From UHGV virus genome UHGV-0209617: a DNA stretch of 64,000 nt; one strand, 5' to 3'. The stretch's first letter is position 1. Each line of letters begins with the position of its first letter. This stretch comes from a virus. The notes under the pieces are model-generated. The model worked only from the letters and a program-made list of their open reading frames with translations. It was not told the origin of the DNA and searched no databases. The translations under genes were made by a program, and so were the position numbers. Shown one piece after another: positions 36,711 to 46,047 of the stretch.

Positions 36711-37598
36711 ATGGATTTAAGAGCACAGACCTTCGGAGTAGAGATTGAGATGACCGGCCTTACAAGAAACAGGGCCGCAAAGGTAATCGCCGCATACTTC
36801 GGAACGGAGGCAACCTACTTCGGAGGCGGATACGATGAGCACCACGCAAAGGACAGCAAGGGCAGAATCTGGAAGGCCATGAGCGATTCAAGCATCAGGG
36901 CAGAAAAGAAGGACGGCTCCTACGCAAGCGACCTTTACAAGACCGAGGTGGTAACCCCAATCCTCAGATACGAGGACATTGAAGACCTACAGGAAATCCT
37001 GAGAAAGCTCAGAAAGGCAGGGGCGATGGTAAACAGCAGCACAGGGATTCACATCCACATCGGAGCGGAGAATTTCACCCCGGCTACCCTTTGCAACCTT
37101 CTGAAGAACATCCGAAGCAAGGAGGACATTCTTTACAGAGCCATTCAGGTCAAGGAAAACCGCGCAAGGTACTGCAGAAAAACAAACCAGAAGCTCATCG
37201 AGATGATTGAGGCACACCGCCCCAAGACAAAGGAGCAGCTTGCAGACCTTTGGTATGCAGAAGCACCATACGGAAGAAACAGGCATTACAACGACAGCAG
37301 ATACCACGGACTTAACCTCCACGCATACTTCACTAAGGGAACGGTCGAGTTCAGGCTTTTCAACAGCACCCTCCACGCAGGCGAATTGAAAGCCTACATA
37401 CAGTTCTGCATGGCGGTTACAGCAAAGGCCATAAACACCAAGAAGGCAAGCGCGAAGCCAAGCATCAGCGACAACGAAAAATACACTTTCAGATGCTGGC
37501 TCCTCCGCCTGGGCCTTAACGGAGAAGAATTCAAGACCTGCAGAACCCACCTTTTGAAGCACCTCGAAGGAAACAGCGCCTGGAGGCACCTTTCCTAA
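36711..37598 (+). CDS. Amidoligase (Amidoligase_2 / glutamine synthetase-like)
   Basis: 295 aa from ATG 36711; motifs FGVEIEMTG, GIHIHIG, VEFRLFNSTLH. Confidence 0.6.
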   Translation: MDLRAQTFGVEIEMTGLTRNRAAKVIAAYFGTEATYFGGGYDEHHAKDSKGRIWKAMSDSSIRAEKKDGSYASDLYKTEVVTPILRYEDIEDLQEILRKLRKAGAMVNSSTGIHIHIGAENFTPATLCNLLKNIRSKEDILYRAIQVKENRARYCRKTNQKLIEMIEAHRPKTKEQLADLWYAEAPYGRNRHYNDSRYHGLNLHAYFTKGTVEFRLFNSTLHAGELKAYIQFCMAVTAKAINTKKASAKPSISDNEKYTFRCWLLRLGLNGEEFKTCRTHLLKHLEGNSAWRHLS

Positions 37599-37610
37599 AA
37601 CAAACCGGCC

Positions 37611-37643
37611 TACCAGCCCCGAAAGGGGCCTTTCGGTGGTAGA
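37611..37643 (+). other. GC-rich hairpin element after amidoligase gene
   Basis: CTACCAGCCCCGAAAGGGGCCTTTCGGTGGTAG; related element at 38467-38506; no U-tract. Confidence 0.35.
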
Positions 37644-37695
37644 AGCACCTAGCTTCTGAATAAACCGATTTGCTTTAGGAAGGGAGTCTTCAACA

Positions 37696-38154
37696 ATGAA
37701 AAGAAAAATCTATCTGGCCTACGGAAGCAACATGAGCCTTTTGCAGATGTACCACCGTTGCCCTGATGCAGAACCGATTGGCAAGGGCATCATCAAGGAT
37801 TACCGCCTGATGTTTAAGGGAAGTAAGAGTGGCAACTATGCGACCATCGAATACGAGGAAGGACGGCAGGTGCCTGTGGTAGCCTGGGCAATCAGTGAAA
37901 GGGATGAAAAATGCCTTGACCGCTATGAAGGATTTCCGAGCTTTTATGTGAAGGACACCATCGCATTTGAATATATCGGTGATCGCCCAGGAAGAAGGAT
38001 GAAGGATGAGGGCATGGTTTATGTGATGCCGCCAGATGAGACTGTTCTGGGGCTTCCAAGTGGTCACTACATGGATGTCCTTCTTGAAGGCTACCATCGC
38101 TTCGGATTTAATTCCAGAATCCTTTGGGAAGCCTACGAATACAGCGATGAGTGA
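37696..38154 (+). CDS. Gamma-glutamyl cyclotransferase-like protein (GGCT/AIG2 fold)
   Basis: N-terminal IYLAYGSNMSLLQM (YGSNM signature); 152 aa; directly follows the amidoligase. Confidence 0.6.
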   Translation: MKRKIYLAYGSNMSLLQMYHRCPDAEPIGKGIIKDYRLMFKGSKSGNYATIEYEEGRQVPVVAWAISERDEKCLDRYEGFPSFYVKDTIAFEYIGDRPGRRMKDEGMVYVMPPDETVLGLPSGHYMDVLLEGYHRFGFNSRILWEAYEYSDE

Positions 38155-38200
38155 GCCGATAAAGTATACAAAAATATCCTCCGAATGTGTGAAGTATAAC

Positions 38201-38229
38201 TTGATATAAGTACGAATGTACGGTAATAT
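38201..38229 (+). promoter_or_regulatory. Consensus-like sigma-A promoter, copy 2 of duplicated element
   Basis: -35 TTGATA, 17 nt spacer, -10 TAATAT; same downstream leader as copy 1. Confidence 0.5.
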
Positions 38230-38277
38230 ACACACAACGAAAGGGGAACAGCCCTAAAGCAAAAGGAGGAAACCACA

Positions 38278-38457
38278 ATGACAAAGAAGGAAAGCGCAAG
38301 GATTTTAGAGATTGCAAAGAAGTACATTTACGCAATCGAAGTGAGAGGGAGCCTTGAGATGATGCAGTCCGACAGCGATGACTTCATCGAAACCTCGGTC
38401 GGCAGCATCGAGGCAGCCCTTGAAGCGGCCTACAGAGCAGGCAAGGCCGCAAGATAA
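38278..38457 (+). CDS. Small hypothetical protein (59 aa, not in ORF track)
   Basis: ATG 38278 preceded by AAAAGGAGGAAA; MTKKESARILEIAKKYIYAIEVRGSLEMMQSDSDDFIETSVGSIEAALEAAYRAGKAAR; driven by promoter copy 2. Confidence 0.4.
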   Translation: MTKKESARILEIAKKYIYAIEVRGSLEMMQSDSDDFIETSVGSIEAALEAAYRAGKAAR

Positions 38458-38466
38458 CAAAGAAAA

Positions 38467-38506
38467 GCCGGAAGGACCTCGGAAGGGGGCCTTTTGGTCG
38501 TGGTAG
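38467..38506 (+). other. GC-rich hairpin element after small gene (relative of 37611-37643)
   Basis: GCCGGAAGGACCTCGGAAGGGGGCCTTTTGGTCGTGGTAG. Confidence 0.3.
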
Positions 38507-38578
38507 CATAAATAGACTTTACAAGTTCCCAACTACACCATGTTAAAGTATCGGCTCCGATGGGAGCTTCATATCTAA

Positions 38579-38600
38579 CCGCCTCTGGGCGGATTTTTTT
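38579..38600 (+). terminator. Short hairpin plus T-run just upstream of terminase large subunit
   Basis: CCGCC TCTG GGCGG followed by ATTTTTTT. Confidence 0.4.
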
Positions 38601-38619
38601 ATGTCTGGAAGTGAGAGAA

Positions 38620-40227
38620 ATGGCAATAAGGAAACTGAAAAAATACATACCGACAAAATTCATGTCTGAAGACAGCCATTATGATAAGGGGGCGGCTGAC
38701 TATGCCGTAGCATTTATTGAAGCCTTATGCCATACCAAGGGAACTTGGGCAGGTAAGCCTTTTGAGCTAATCGATTGGCAGGAACAGATTATTCGTGACC
38801 TTTTTGGTATCCTAAAGCCAAATGGATATAGGCAGTTTAATACAGCCTATGTTGAAATACCCAAAAAGCAAGGAAAATCTGAGCTGGCAGCGGCCGTTGC
38901 AATCCTTTTAACCTGCGGTGATGGTGAGGAACGTGCGGAGGTTTATGGCTGTGCTGCAGACCGGCAACAGGCATCCATTGTTTTTGATGTTGCTGCGGAT
39001 ATGGTCAGTATGTGTCCTGCTTTAGCCAAGCGCGTAAAAATACAGAAATCTATGAAGCGCATGATATATCTTCCTACGAACAGCTTCTACCAGGTGCTTT
39101 CGGCAGAGGCCTATTCAAAGCATGGCTTCAATATCCATGGTGTTATCTTTGATGAGCTTCATACCCAGCCAGACCGCAAGCTGTATGATGTAATGACCAA
39201 AGGCTCCGGCGATGCAAGAATGCAGCCGATGTATTTTAATATAACTACAGCAGGGACGGATACTCATTCCATATGCTACGAAATACATCAGAAGGCAAAG
39301 GATATTATTGCTGGGCGGAAGATTGATACAACCTTCTATCCTGTGATTTATGGTGCGGATGAAGGAGAGGATTGGACTTCTCCAGAAGTGTGGAAGAAGG
39401 CAAATCCGTCTCTTGGCATTACTGTTGGCATGGATAAGGTTGAAGTTGCTTGTGAGTCTGCAAGGCAGAATCCAGGGGAAGAAAATGCTTTTCGCCAACT
39501 TCGTCTTAACCAATGGGTAAAGCAGTCGGTTCGTTGGATGCCTATGGAAAAATGGGATGAGTGCAGCTTCAAAGTTAACCCTGATGACCTAGAAGGACGC
39601 GTATGCTATGGAGGTCTTGACCTATCCAGCACCACAGATATAACAGCCTTTGTATTGGTGTTTCCTCCGGAGGATGAGGAGGATAAATATCATATACTGC
39701 CTTATTTCTGGATACCGGAGGAAACAATGGATCTTCGTGTAAAGCGTGACCATGTGCCCTATGATATCTGGCATAAGCAGGGATTCCTTGAAACCACCGA
39801 AGGCAATGTAGTCCACTATGGCTACATCGAGAAATTCATTGAATCCCTCGGTGAAAAATATAATATCCGTGAGATTGCCTTTGATAGATGGGGTGCGACA
39901 CAGATGGTGCAGAATCTTGAGGGCATGGGATTTACTGTTGTTCCCTTTGGACAAGGTTACAAGGATATGAGTCCGCCAACCAAGGAGCTGATGAAGCTGA
40001 CCCTTGAAAAGAAACTGGCTCATGGCGGTCATCCAGTTCTGAGGTGGATGGCAGACAATATCTTCATCCGAAGGGATCCCGCTGGGAACATCAAGGCAGA
40101 CAAAGAAAAGTCCACAGAGAAGATTGACGGTGTCATAGCCACCATAATGGGGCTGGACAGAGCAATTCGCTGTGGATTGAATTCTGGAGATTCCGTTTAT
40201 GATGGGCGAGGAATTTTGTTAATATAA
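38620..40227 (+). CDS. Phage terminase large subunit
   Basis: 535 aa from ATG 38620; ATPase region AYVEIPKKQGKSELAAA and VIFDELH (Walker B-like); C-terminal nuclease half. Confidence 0.9.
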   Translation: MAIRKLKKYIPTKFMSEDSHYDKGAADYAVAFIEALCHTKGTWAGKPFELIDWQEQIIRDLFGILKPNGYRQFNTAYVEIPKKQGKSELAAAVAILLTCGDGEERAEVYGCAADRQQASIVFDVAADMVSMCPALAKRVKIQKSMKRMIYLPTNSFYQVLSAEAYSKHGFNIHGVIFDELHTQPDRKLYDVMTKGSGDARMQPMYFNITTAGTDTHSICYEIHQKAKDIIAGRKIDTTFYPVIYGADEGEDWTSPEVWKKANPSLGITVGMDKVEVACESARQNPGEENAFRQLRLNQWVKQSVRWMPMEKWDECSFKVNPDDLEGRVCYGGLDLSSTTDITAFVLVFPPEDEEDKYHILPYFWIPEETMDLRVKRDHVPYDIWHKQGFLETTEGNVVHYGYIEKFIESLGEKYNIREIAFDRWGATQMVQNLEGMGFTVVPFGQGYKDMSPPTKELMKLTLEKKLAHGGHPVLRWMADNIFIRRDPAGNIKADKEKSTEKIDGVIATIMGLDRAIRCGLNSGDSVYDGRGILLI

Positions 40228-40287
40228 ATTATAGGTTGAATATATCCTAGAGATGGTATATAATAGCCATGAAAGGAGATGATACCT

Positions 40288-40530
40288 ATGATGGTTGATA
40301 CTAATAATCTTGTTTCAATAACTGAGGCAAACCAGAATTTTTCAAAGGTCGCTCGTATGGTAGATGAGTCAGGTTCTGTTGTAATCCTAAAAAATAATGT
40401 ACCTAAATATTTAGTAGTTAATTTTGATGTGGCTGATAGCGTGGATTATACTTCAGATGAAGAGCTGCTCATGGTATCAGATAAATTTATGAAGAAAAAT
40501 AAAAAGGCGTATGAGGTATTGGCAAAATGA
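40288..40530 (+). CDS. phd: Phd/YefM family antitoxin
   Basis: ATG 40288 with AAAGGAG 9 nt upstream; VSITEANQNFSKVARMVDESGSVVILKNNVPKYLVV; stop overlaps the doc start (ATGA). Confidence 0.7.
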   Translation: MMVDTNNLVSITEANQNFSKVARMVDESGSVVILKNNVPKYLVVNFDVADSVDYTSDEELLMVSDKFMKKNKKAYEVLAK

Positions 40531-40901
40531 AGCGAATATCTAAACGTCAGGTATTATTGCTGCATAATAAGCTGATAGAGGAAAGTGGCGGCTCTGATGG
40601 TATCAGGGAAGATGGACTCTTGGAATCAGCTTTGAATGCGCCTTACCATGAGTTTGCAGGTTTTTCAAACTATCCCACGATAGAAGAAAAAGCTGCCAGG
40701 CTCGGTTATGGTATAATCAAGAACCATCCATTTGTTGATGGGAATAAAAGAATTGGTACCCATATTATGCTTCTGCTTTTGTATATCAATGGTGTTGAGT
40801 TGGTATATGAACAGGAGGAGCTGATAGACATAATTCTACAAGTTGCATCAGGACAAGCTGATTATGAAGAGTTATATGCTTGGGTTTTAGATCATGAATA
40901 A
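40527..40901 (+). CDS. doc: Doc (death-on-curing) toxin, Fic family
   Basis: Fic/Doc active-site motif HPFVDGNKRIG; 124 aa; coupled to upstream phd. Confidence 0.8.
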   Translation: MKRISKRQVLLLHNKLIEESGGSDGIREDGLLESALNAPYHEFAGFSNYPTIEEKAARLGYGIIKNHPFVDGNKRIGTHIMLLLLYINGVELVYEQEELIDIILQVASGQADYEELYAWVLDHE

Positions 40902-40946
40902 CAAGGGTGTTGCCGTAATGGTAACGCCTATTTTTATGGAGGAAAA

Positions 40947-42224
40947 ATGAATATATTTACAAAACTTTTCAAGTCGAGGGATAAGCCGACCAACTATCTG
41001 GGCGGTTTATCCTTTTTATTTGGTCAGACTGCAGCCGGTAAGCCGGTTAATGAGAAGTCTGCCATGCAGGTAACAGCAGTTTATGCCTGTGTCAGAATTT
41101 TGGCAGAATCCATAGCAGGGCTGCCGCTTCATGTGTATAGGTACAATTCGGGTGGCGGCAAGGAAATGGTGACAGACCATAATCTGTACCGCATCCTGCA
41201 TGATGAGCCTAATCCGGATATGACAAGCTTCATATTTAGGGAAACACTGATGAGCCATCTTCTCTTGTGGGGTAATGCCTATGCACAGATTATTCGTGAT
41301 CATGCTGGCAGGATGATAGGGCTGTATCCTTTACTTCCAGATAAGGTAGAGGTAGATAGGGACAGCAGCACCGGTGAAATCTTCTATACCTATACCAAAA
41401 GCACAGACGAAAATCCGAACTTCAAGCAGGGCGGACAGATAAGGCTTAACAAGAATGCTGTACTTCATATTCCAGGTCTTGGCTTTGATGGACTTGTAGG
41501 ATATAGTCCTATTGCCATGGCGAAAAATGCTGTAGGTATTGCTCTTGCCACCGAAGAATATGGTGCTACCTTCTTTGCTAACGGTGCAACACCGGGCGGT
41601 ATCTTAGAGCACCCTGGTGTGGTAAAAGACCCAGAACGTCTACGTCAGAGCTGGCAGAGTCAGTTTGGGCAGAAGAACAGCCACAGGGTAGCTGTGCTGG
41701 AAGAAGGCATGACCTTTCACCAGATGACCATACCGCCAGAAGAAGCACAGTTCCTGGAAACAAGGAAGTTTCAGATTGATGAGATTGCCCGTATTTTCAG
41801 GGTACCGCCACACATGGTAGGTGACCTTGAAAAATCCAGCTTCTCTAATATTGAGCAGCAGAGCCTTGAGTTTGTGAAATACACACTGAACCCTTGGGTT
41901 ATCCGCTGGGAGCAGGCCCTTCAGAAAGCACTCCTTACAGATAAGGAAAAGGGCGAGTATTTCGTAAAGTTCAACGTGGATGGACTTCTCCGTGGTGACT
42001 ACCAGAGCCGTATGAACGGCTACGCCATTGGGCGGCAGAATGGCTGGTTTTCAGCCAATGACATCAGGGAAATGGAGAACCTAAATCCAATACCTGATGA
42101 AGAAGGTGGAAATCTCTATCTTATTAATGGCAATATGACAAAATTAAAGGATGCTGGCCTTTTTGCCGGTCAGCAGAAAGGAAAAGAAAATGAAGAGAAA
42201 GTTTTGGAACTGGGTGCGAAATGA
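40947..42224 (+). CDS. Phage portal protein
   Basis: 425 aa; conserved QVTAVYACVRILAESIAGLPL, FIFRETLMSHLLLWGNAYAQII; position after terminase. Confidence 0.9.
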   Translation: MNIFTKLFKSRDKPTNYLGGLSFLFGQTAAGKPVNEKSAMQVTAVYACVRILAESIAGLPLHVYRYNSGGGKEMVTDHNLYRILHDEPNPDMTSFIFRETLMSHLLLWGNAYAQIIRDHAGRMIGLYPLLPDKVEVDRDSSTGEIFYTYTKSTDENPNFKQGGQIRLNKNAVLHIPGLGFDGLVGYSPIAMAKNAVGIALATEEYGATFFANGATPGGILEHPGVVKDPERLRQSWQSQFGQKNSHRVAVLEEGMTFHQMTIPPEEAQFLETRKFQIDEIARIFRVPPHMVGDLEKSSFSNIEQQSLEFVKYTLNPWVIRWEQALQKALLTDKEKGEYFVKFNVDGLLRGDYQSRMNGYAIGRQNGWFSANDIREMENLNPIPDEEGGNLYLINGNMTKLKDAGLFAGQQKGKENEEKVLELGAK

Positions 42225-42903
42225 TGAAACCCAGGAGCGTATTCTTATGTTAAACGGTCAGATTTCCGATGAGACCTGGTTTGGTGACGAGGTAACTCCG
42301 GGACTGTTTCGTGATGAGCTTAATGCTGGTGATGGTGATGTTACTGTATGGATTAACAGTCCAGGTGGTGACTGCTTTGCAGCCGCCCAGATTTACAATA
42401 TGCTTATGAATTACAAGGGCAATGTAAATGTAAAGATTGATGGTCTTGCAGCGTCAGCGGCTTCCGTCATTGCCATGGCAGGCACTACCGTAGAAATGAG
42501 TCCTGTGGCCATGATGATGATTCATAATCCTATGACAGCAGCTATCGGTGACAGCAGGGAAATGCAGAAAGCCATCGAGATGCTGAGTGAGGTTAAGGAA
42601 AGTATTATCAATGCCTATAACCTTAAATCTGGTATGTCCAGAAATAAGCTATCTAAACTGATGGATGCCGAAACTTGGATGAATGCCAAAAAGGCAGTGG
42701 AGCTAGGCCTAGCAGATAGTATCATGTTTTCAGATAAAGAAGCAGATGAAGATGATGAAAGGATAGAAGCTATGCTGTTTAGTCGGGCGGCGGTAAATAA
42801 CTCGCTGATGGATAAGCTCAGAAGCAAGTTTACAGAAAACAAAATTGAAAATAAAGTTGATGCAGGGCAGCTTCAAAAGAGGCTGTCTTTAATTATGCAC
42901 TGA
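42190..42903 (+). CDS. Prohead maturation protease (ClpP-like)
   Basis: ATG 42190 (MKRKFWNW) overlapping the portal 3' end; ClpP-like segment INSPGGDCFAAAQIYNMLMNYKGNVNVKIDGLAASAASVIAMAG. Confidence 0.8.
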   Translation: MKRKFWNWVRNDETQERILMLNGQISDETWFGDEVTPGLFRDELNAGDGDVTVWINSPGGDCFAAAQIYNMLMNYKGNVNVKIDGLAASAASVIAMAGTTVEMSPVAMMMIHNPMTAAIGDSREMQKAIEMLSEVKESIINAYNLKSGMSRNKLSKLMDAETWMNAKKAVELGLADSIMFSDKEADEDDERIEAMLFSRAAVNNSLMDKLRSKFTENKIENKVDAGQLQKRLSLIMH

Positions 42904-42916
42904 GGAGGAATTTACA

Positions 42917-44113
42917 ATGGATAAGATTACAGAACTTCGTGAAAAAAGAGTAAAGGCATGGGAGGATGCCAAGGCATTTCTTGATTCCCATACCGATGCA
43001 GATGGCAAGATGTCTGTTGAAGATGCAGCCGCCTATGACAAGATGGAAGCAGATATGGTGGAGCTGGGTAAGTCCATCGAGCGCTTTGAAAAGCAGGCGG
43101 CTATGGATAAGGCCATGGCTCAGCCTGTGGCAAAGCCTATAATGAATCAACCTACTAAGGATACTGCCGTAAAGATTGGCAGAGCTAGTGATGAGTATCG
43201 GGAAGCTATGCTGGCAGCTCTCCGTTCCAACTTTCAGAAGGTAAGCAATGTGCTTATGGAGGGAACTGACACAGCTGGCGGTTATCTTGTTCCTGTGGAA
43301 TATGACCGCCGCCTGGTGGATGTGCTGACTGAGGAGAACATTATGCGTGGCCTTGCTACCAAGATTACTACCTCTGGTGAGCACAAAATTAATATCGCAG
43401 CTACTAAGCCTGCTGCCTCCTGGATTGAGGAAGGGGCGGCTATCAGCTTTGGTGATGCAACCTTTGACCAGATCATGATGGATGCCTATAAGCTGCATAT
43501 CGCCATCAAGATTACCGAGGAGCTTCTTTATGATAATGCTTTTAATCTTGAAAGCTACATTATTGAGCAGTTTGGTAAGGCTATGGCAAATGCCGAGGAG
43601 GATGCCTTCTTAAATGGTGATGGTAAGGGTAAGCCTACCGGTCTTTTTCATGCTACCCTGGGCGGTCAGTATAACTGCACTACAGCAACTGCAAATATTT
43701 CAGCTGATGATGTGATTAACCTTATCTACACCTTGAAGCGACCATACCGCCGTAACGCTTCCTTCATTACTAATGACCAGACCATTGCGGCCCTTCGTAA
43801 GCTGAAGGACAATAATGGTGCGTATATCTGGCAGCCAGCACTTACAGCAGGTGAGCCTGACCGTATCTTTGGCTATGCCATTCATACCTCGCAGTTTGCA
43901 CCGGTGGCAGCTGCTGGAAAGCCTGTCATGTCTTTCGGTGATTACAGCTACTACAATATCGGTGATCGCGGTCCTCGTTCCCTGCAGCAGCTCCGTGAGC
44001 TCTTTGCGGGCAACGGCATGGTGGGTTATCTCATGAAGGAGCGTGTGGATGGCCGTCTGATTCTGCCGGAGGCAGTTCAGATTCTGAAAATGAAGGGGAC
44101 AGCCTCTTCTTGA
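42917..44113 (+). CDS. Major capsid protein (HK97-like)
   Basis: 398 aa; typical segments GTDTAGGYLVPVEYDRRLV, AFLNGDGKGKPTGLF; follows the protease. Confidence 0.85.
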   Translation: MDKITELREKRVKAWEDAKAFLDSHTDADGKMSVEDAAAYDKMEADMVELGKSIERFEKQAAMDKAMAQPVAKPIMNQPTKDTAVKIGRASDEYREAMLAALRSNFQKVSNVLMEGTDTAGGYLVPVEYDRRLVDVLTEENIMRGLATKITTSGEHKINIAATKPAASWIEEGAAISFGDATFDQIMMDAYKLHIAIKITEELLYDNAFNLESYIIEQFGKAMANAEEDAFLNGDGKGKPTGLFHATLGGQYNCTTATANISADDVINLIYTLKRPYRRNASFITNDQTIAALRKLKDNNGAYIWQPALTAGEPDRIFGYAIHTSQFAPVAAAGKPVMSFGDYSYYNIGDRGPRSLQQLRELFAGNGMVGYLMKERVDGRLILPEAVQILKMKGTASS

Positions 44114-44126
44114 TGGGGTGATGTAA

Positions 44127-44405
44127 ATGCTGGTAACACTTGAGGAAATGAAGAACTACCTACGGGTAGATTCGGAGGAGGACGATGTGCTTATTACCAG
44201 CCTTCTCATGACAGCGGAAAGCCTGTGCAGGGATATACTGAGGATTCAGGATGTGGCAGTCTTGGCGGATTCAGCTGAAACGCTAAAGACTGCCATTTTA
44301 TATGCTGTGAGCTATATGTATGAGCATAGGGAAGAGGCAGACCATAAGGAGCTGGTGCTTACCCTGCGCTCACTGCTGTTTGGTATAAGAGAGGAGCAGT
44401 TCTAA
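44127..44405 (+). CDS. Head-tail connector protein (gp6-like)
   Basis: MLVTLEEMKNYLRVDSEEDDVLITSLLMTAESLCRDIL is the typical N-terminus of this family. Confidence 0.6.
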   Translation: MLVTLEEMKNYLRVDSEEDDVLITSLLMTAESLCRDILRIQDVAVLADSAETLKTAILYAVSYMYEHREEADHKELVLTLRSLLFGIREEQF

Positions 44406-44719
44406 TGAGGGTTTCAAGGCTTGATAAAAGAGTCGGCATCTATAAGCCTGTGTCAGAAGCTGATGAGTATGGCGGCAGGAACGAGTCCTTTGAGCTGGAA
44501 TGTTACCGCTGGGCGGAGTTCCTGCGGCCTAACTTCTCCAGCCGTACCCTTGAAGGTGACGGAAGGGCGGAGATTATTACTCAGGGTATAAGGCTTAGAA
44601 ACACAGATGCTGAGACCGGATGGCAGGTTCATCACAAGGGTCACATCTATGAGGTGCTTCATGTTGATGAGTCAGCCAAGGGTGAAATAATCCTTACTAC
44701 ATCGGAGGTGAACCGCTGA
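44405..44719 (+). CDS. Head closure / head-tail adaptor protein
   Basis: 104 aa; size and position in head module; overlapping start/stop. Confidence 0.5.
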   Translation: MRVSRLDKRVGIYKPVSEADEYGGRNESFELECYRWAEFLRPNFSSRTLEGDGRAEIITQGIRLRNTDAETGWQVHHKGHIYEVLHVDESAKGEIILTTSEVNR

Positions 44720-45165
44720 TGGCCAGAAGTTTCTGGGTAAATACCAATAAGAGCCAGGCTATAAGCTCTGCTATACGGGATATAGATAAGTTTCAGGATA
44801 AGACACAGCGGAATATAAAGGATGCCATAGCAGACAGCACTAGAGCTGTAAAGGATGCGGCTGTATCAAGGGTCAGGGTGCATAGCGGTAAGCTTAAGAA
44901 ATCTATCGGTATGAAGCTGAGTGAAAAGGAAACCACAGGCTTTGTATCAGCCAATGCTCCCCATGCCCATCTGGTAGAGTTTGGGGTATCTGCTGCTCTC
45001 GTCATGCCGAAGAATAAGAAGGCCATAAAGATTGGTGACAGGCTAGTGCATCATGCCATTGTGCCTGAGCGAAAGGCCAAGCCTTTCATGAGGCCTGCTG
45101 CTGACAGTGAAAAAGCAAACCTTGAGAAAAGGATTGTGGAGGCGATAAAGGATGAGCGTCATTAA
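44719..45165 (+). CDS. HK97 gp10-like head-tail joining protein
   Basis: 148 aa; size and position; overlapping start/stop. Confidence 0.5.
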   Translation: MARSFWVNTNKSQAISSAIRDIDKFQDKTQRNIKDAIADSTRAVKDAAVSRVRVHSGKLKKSIGMKLSEKETTGFVSANAPHAHLVEFGVSAALVMPKNKKAIKIGDRLVHHAIVPERKAKPFMRPAADSEKANLEKRIVEAIKDERH

Positions 45166-45568
45166 GACCAGGGTTCCTATACTGGCTTTTCATAAGGCGG
45201 TATATAAGCTTTTGTCTGAAGGGCAGACCACATCCGTATATGATGATGTGCTGCCTAAATCAAAGCCGCCCTATGTGACAATAGGAGCCATAAACATAAA
45301 GCCCAACGGCAGCAAGGACAAAGCAATATATGATGCAAGCGTACAGCTTCATATATGGTCCAGCTACCAGGGCAAGCGTGAAATAAACAGTATCATGAAT
45401 GACATTTCTACAGTGCTCTCTTATGCGAAACTGAGCCTGGAGGATGGATTCCAGCTTATTTCACAGGATGTAGATTTCTATGAGGTCTATTCCGAGGAGG
45501 AATACGGCTATCATGGAGTAATAACAGTGATTGCAAGAATACAGGATATGGAGTGTGAAAGACTATGA
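45152..45568 (+). CDS. Tail completion / tail terminator-like protein
   Basis: 138 aa, position before the major tail protein. Confidence 0.4.
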   Translation: MSVIKTRVPILAFHKAVYKLLSEGQTTSVYDDVLPKSKPPYVTIGAINIKPNGSKDKAIYDASVQLHIWSSYQGKREINSIMNDISTVLSYAKLSLEDGFQLISQDVDFYEVYSEEEYGYHGVITVIARIQDMECERL

Positions 45569-46047
45569 GTACTACTTTAGATAACATTACCCTTCCGCAG
45601 AATCCAGATGTAAGTGCGGCAGAGGTAGGCAAGGATTTTCTTTTGTATATAAATACTGGGACTGAGGCAGTTCCTGAGTGGCAGATGATTGGCGGTCAGC
45701 GAAACAGCGGTCTTACCCGTCAGGCTGAAACTATTGATGTGTCCCACAAGACCAGTGGTGGCTGGAGTGCTACCAAGGCAGGTCTTCGCTCCTGGAGCAT
45801 CTCTCTTGATGGGCTGGTGCTTCTGCAGGACATCGGTGTCCGAGCAGTATCCCTTGCTTTTGAGGATGGCAAGGATGTTCATATCAAGCTGGAATATCCG
45901 GATAGCTCCTACCGAACCGGTTGGGCATCTGTGACAGAATTCAGCCTGGATAATCCGCATGATGGTGCGGCCACTATTTCTGGCACTTTATCTGGTAATG
46001 GTGCGCTTTCTGCACTTACAAAAGATAGTATTGGAGGTGGCATCTGA
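45565..46047 (+). CDS. Major tail protein
   Basis: 160 aa, Ser/Thr/Gly-rich, immediately upstream of chaperone and tape measure genes. Confidence 0.6.
   Translation: MSTTLDNITLPQNPDVSAAEVGKDFLLYINTGTEAVPEWQMIGGQRNSGLTRQAETIDVSHKTSGGWSATKAGLRSWSISLDGLVLLQDIGVRAVSLAFEDGKDVHIKLEYPDSSYRTGWASVTEFSLDNPHDGAATISGTLSGNGALSALTKDSIGGGI

Noticed and set aside
36987-37589. 200 aa minus-strand ORF
   Set aside because: Antisense within the amidoligase gene; no motif and no RBS.
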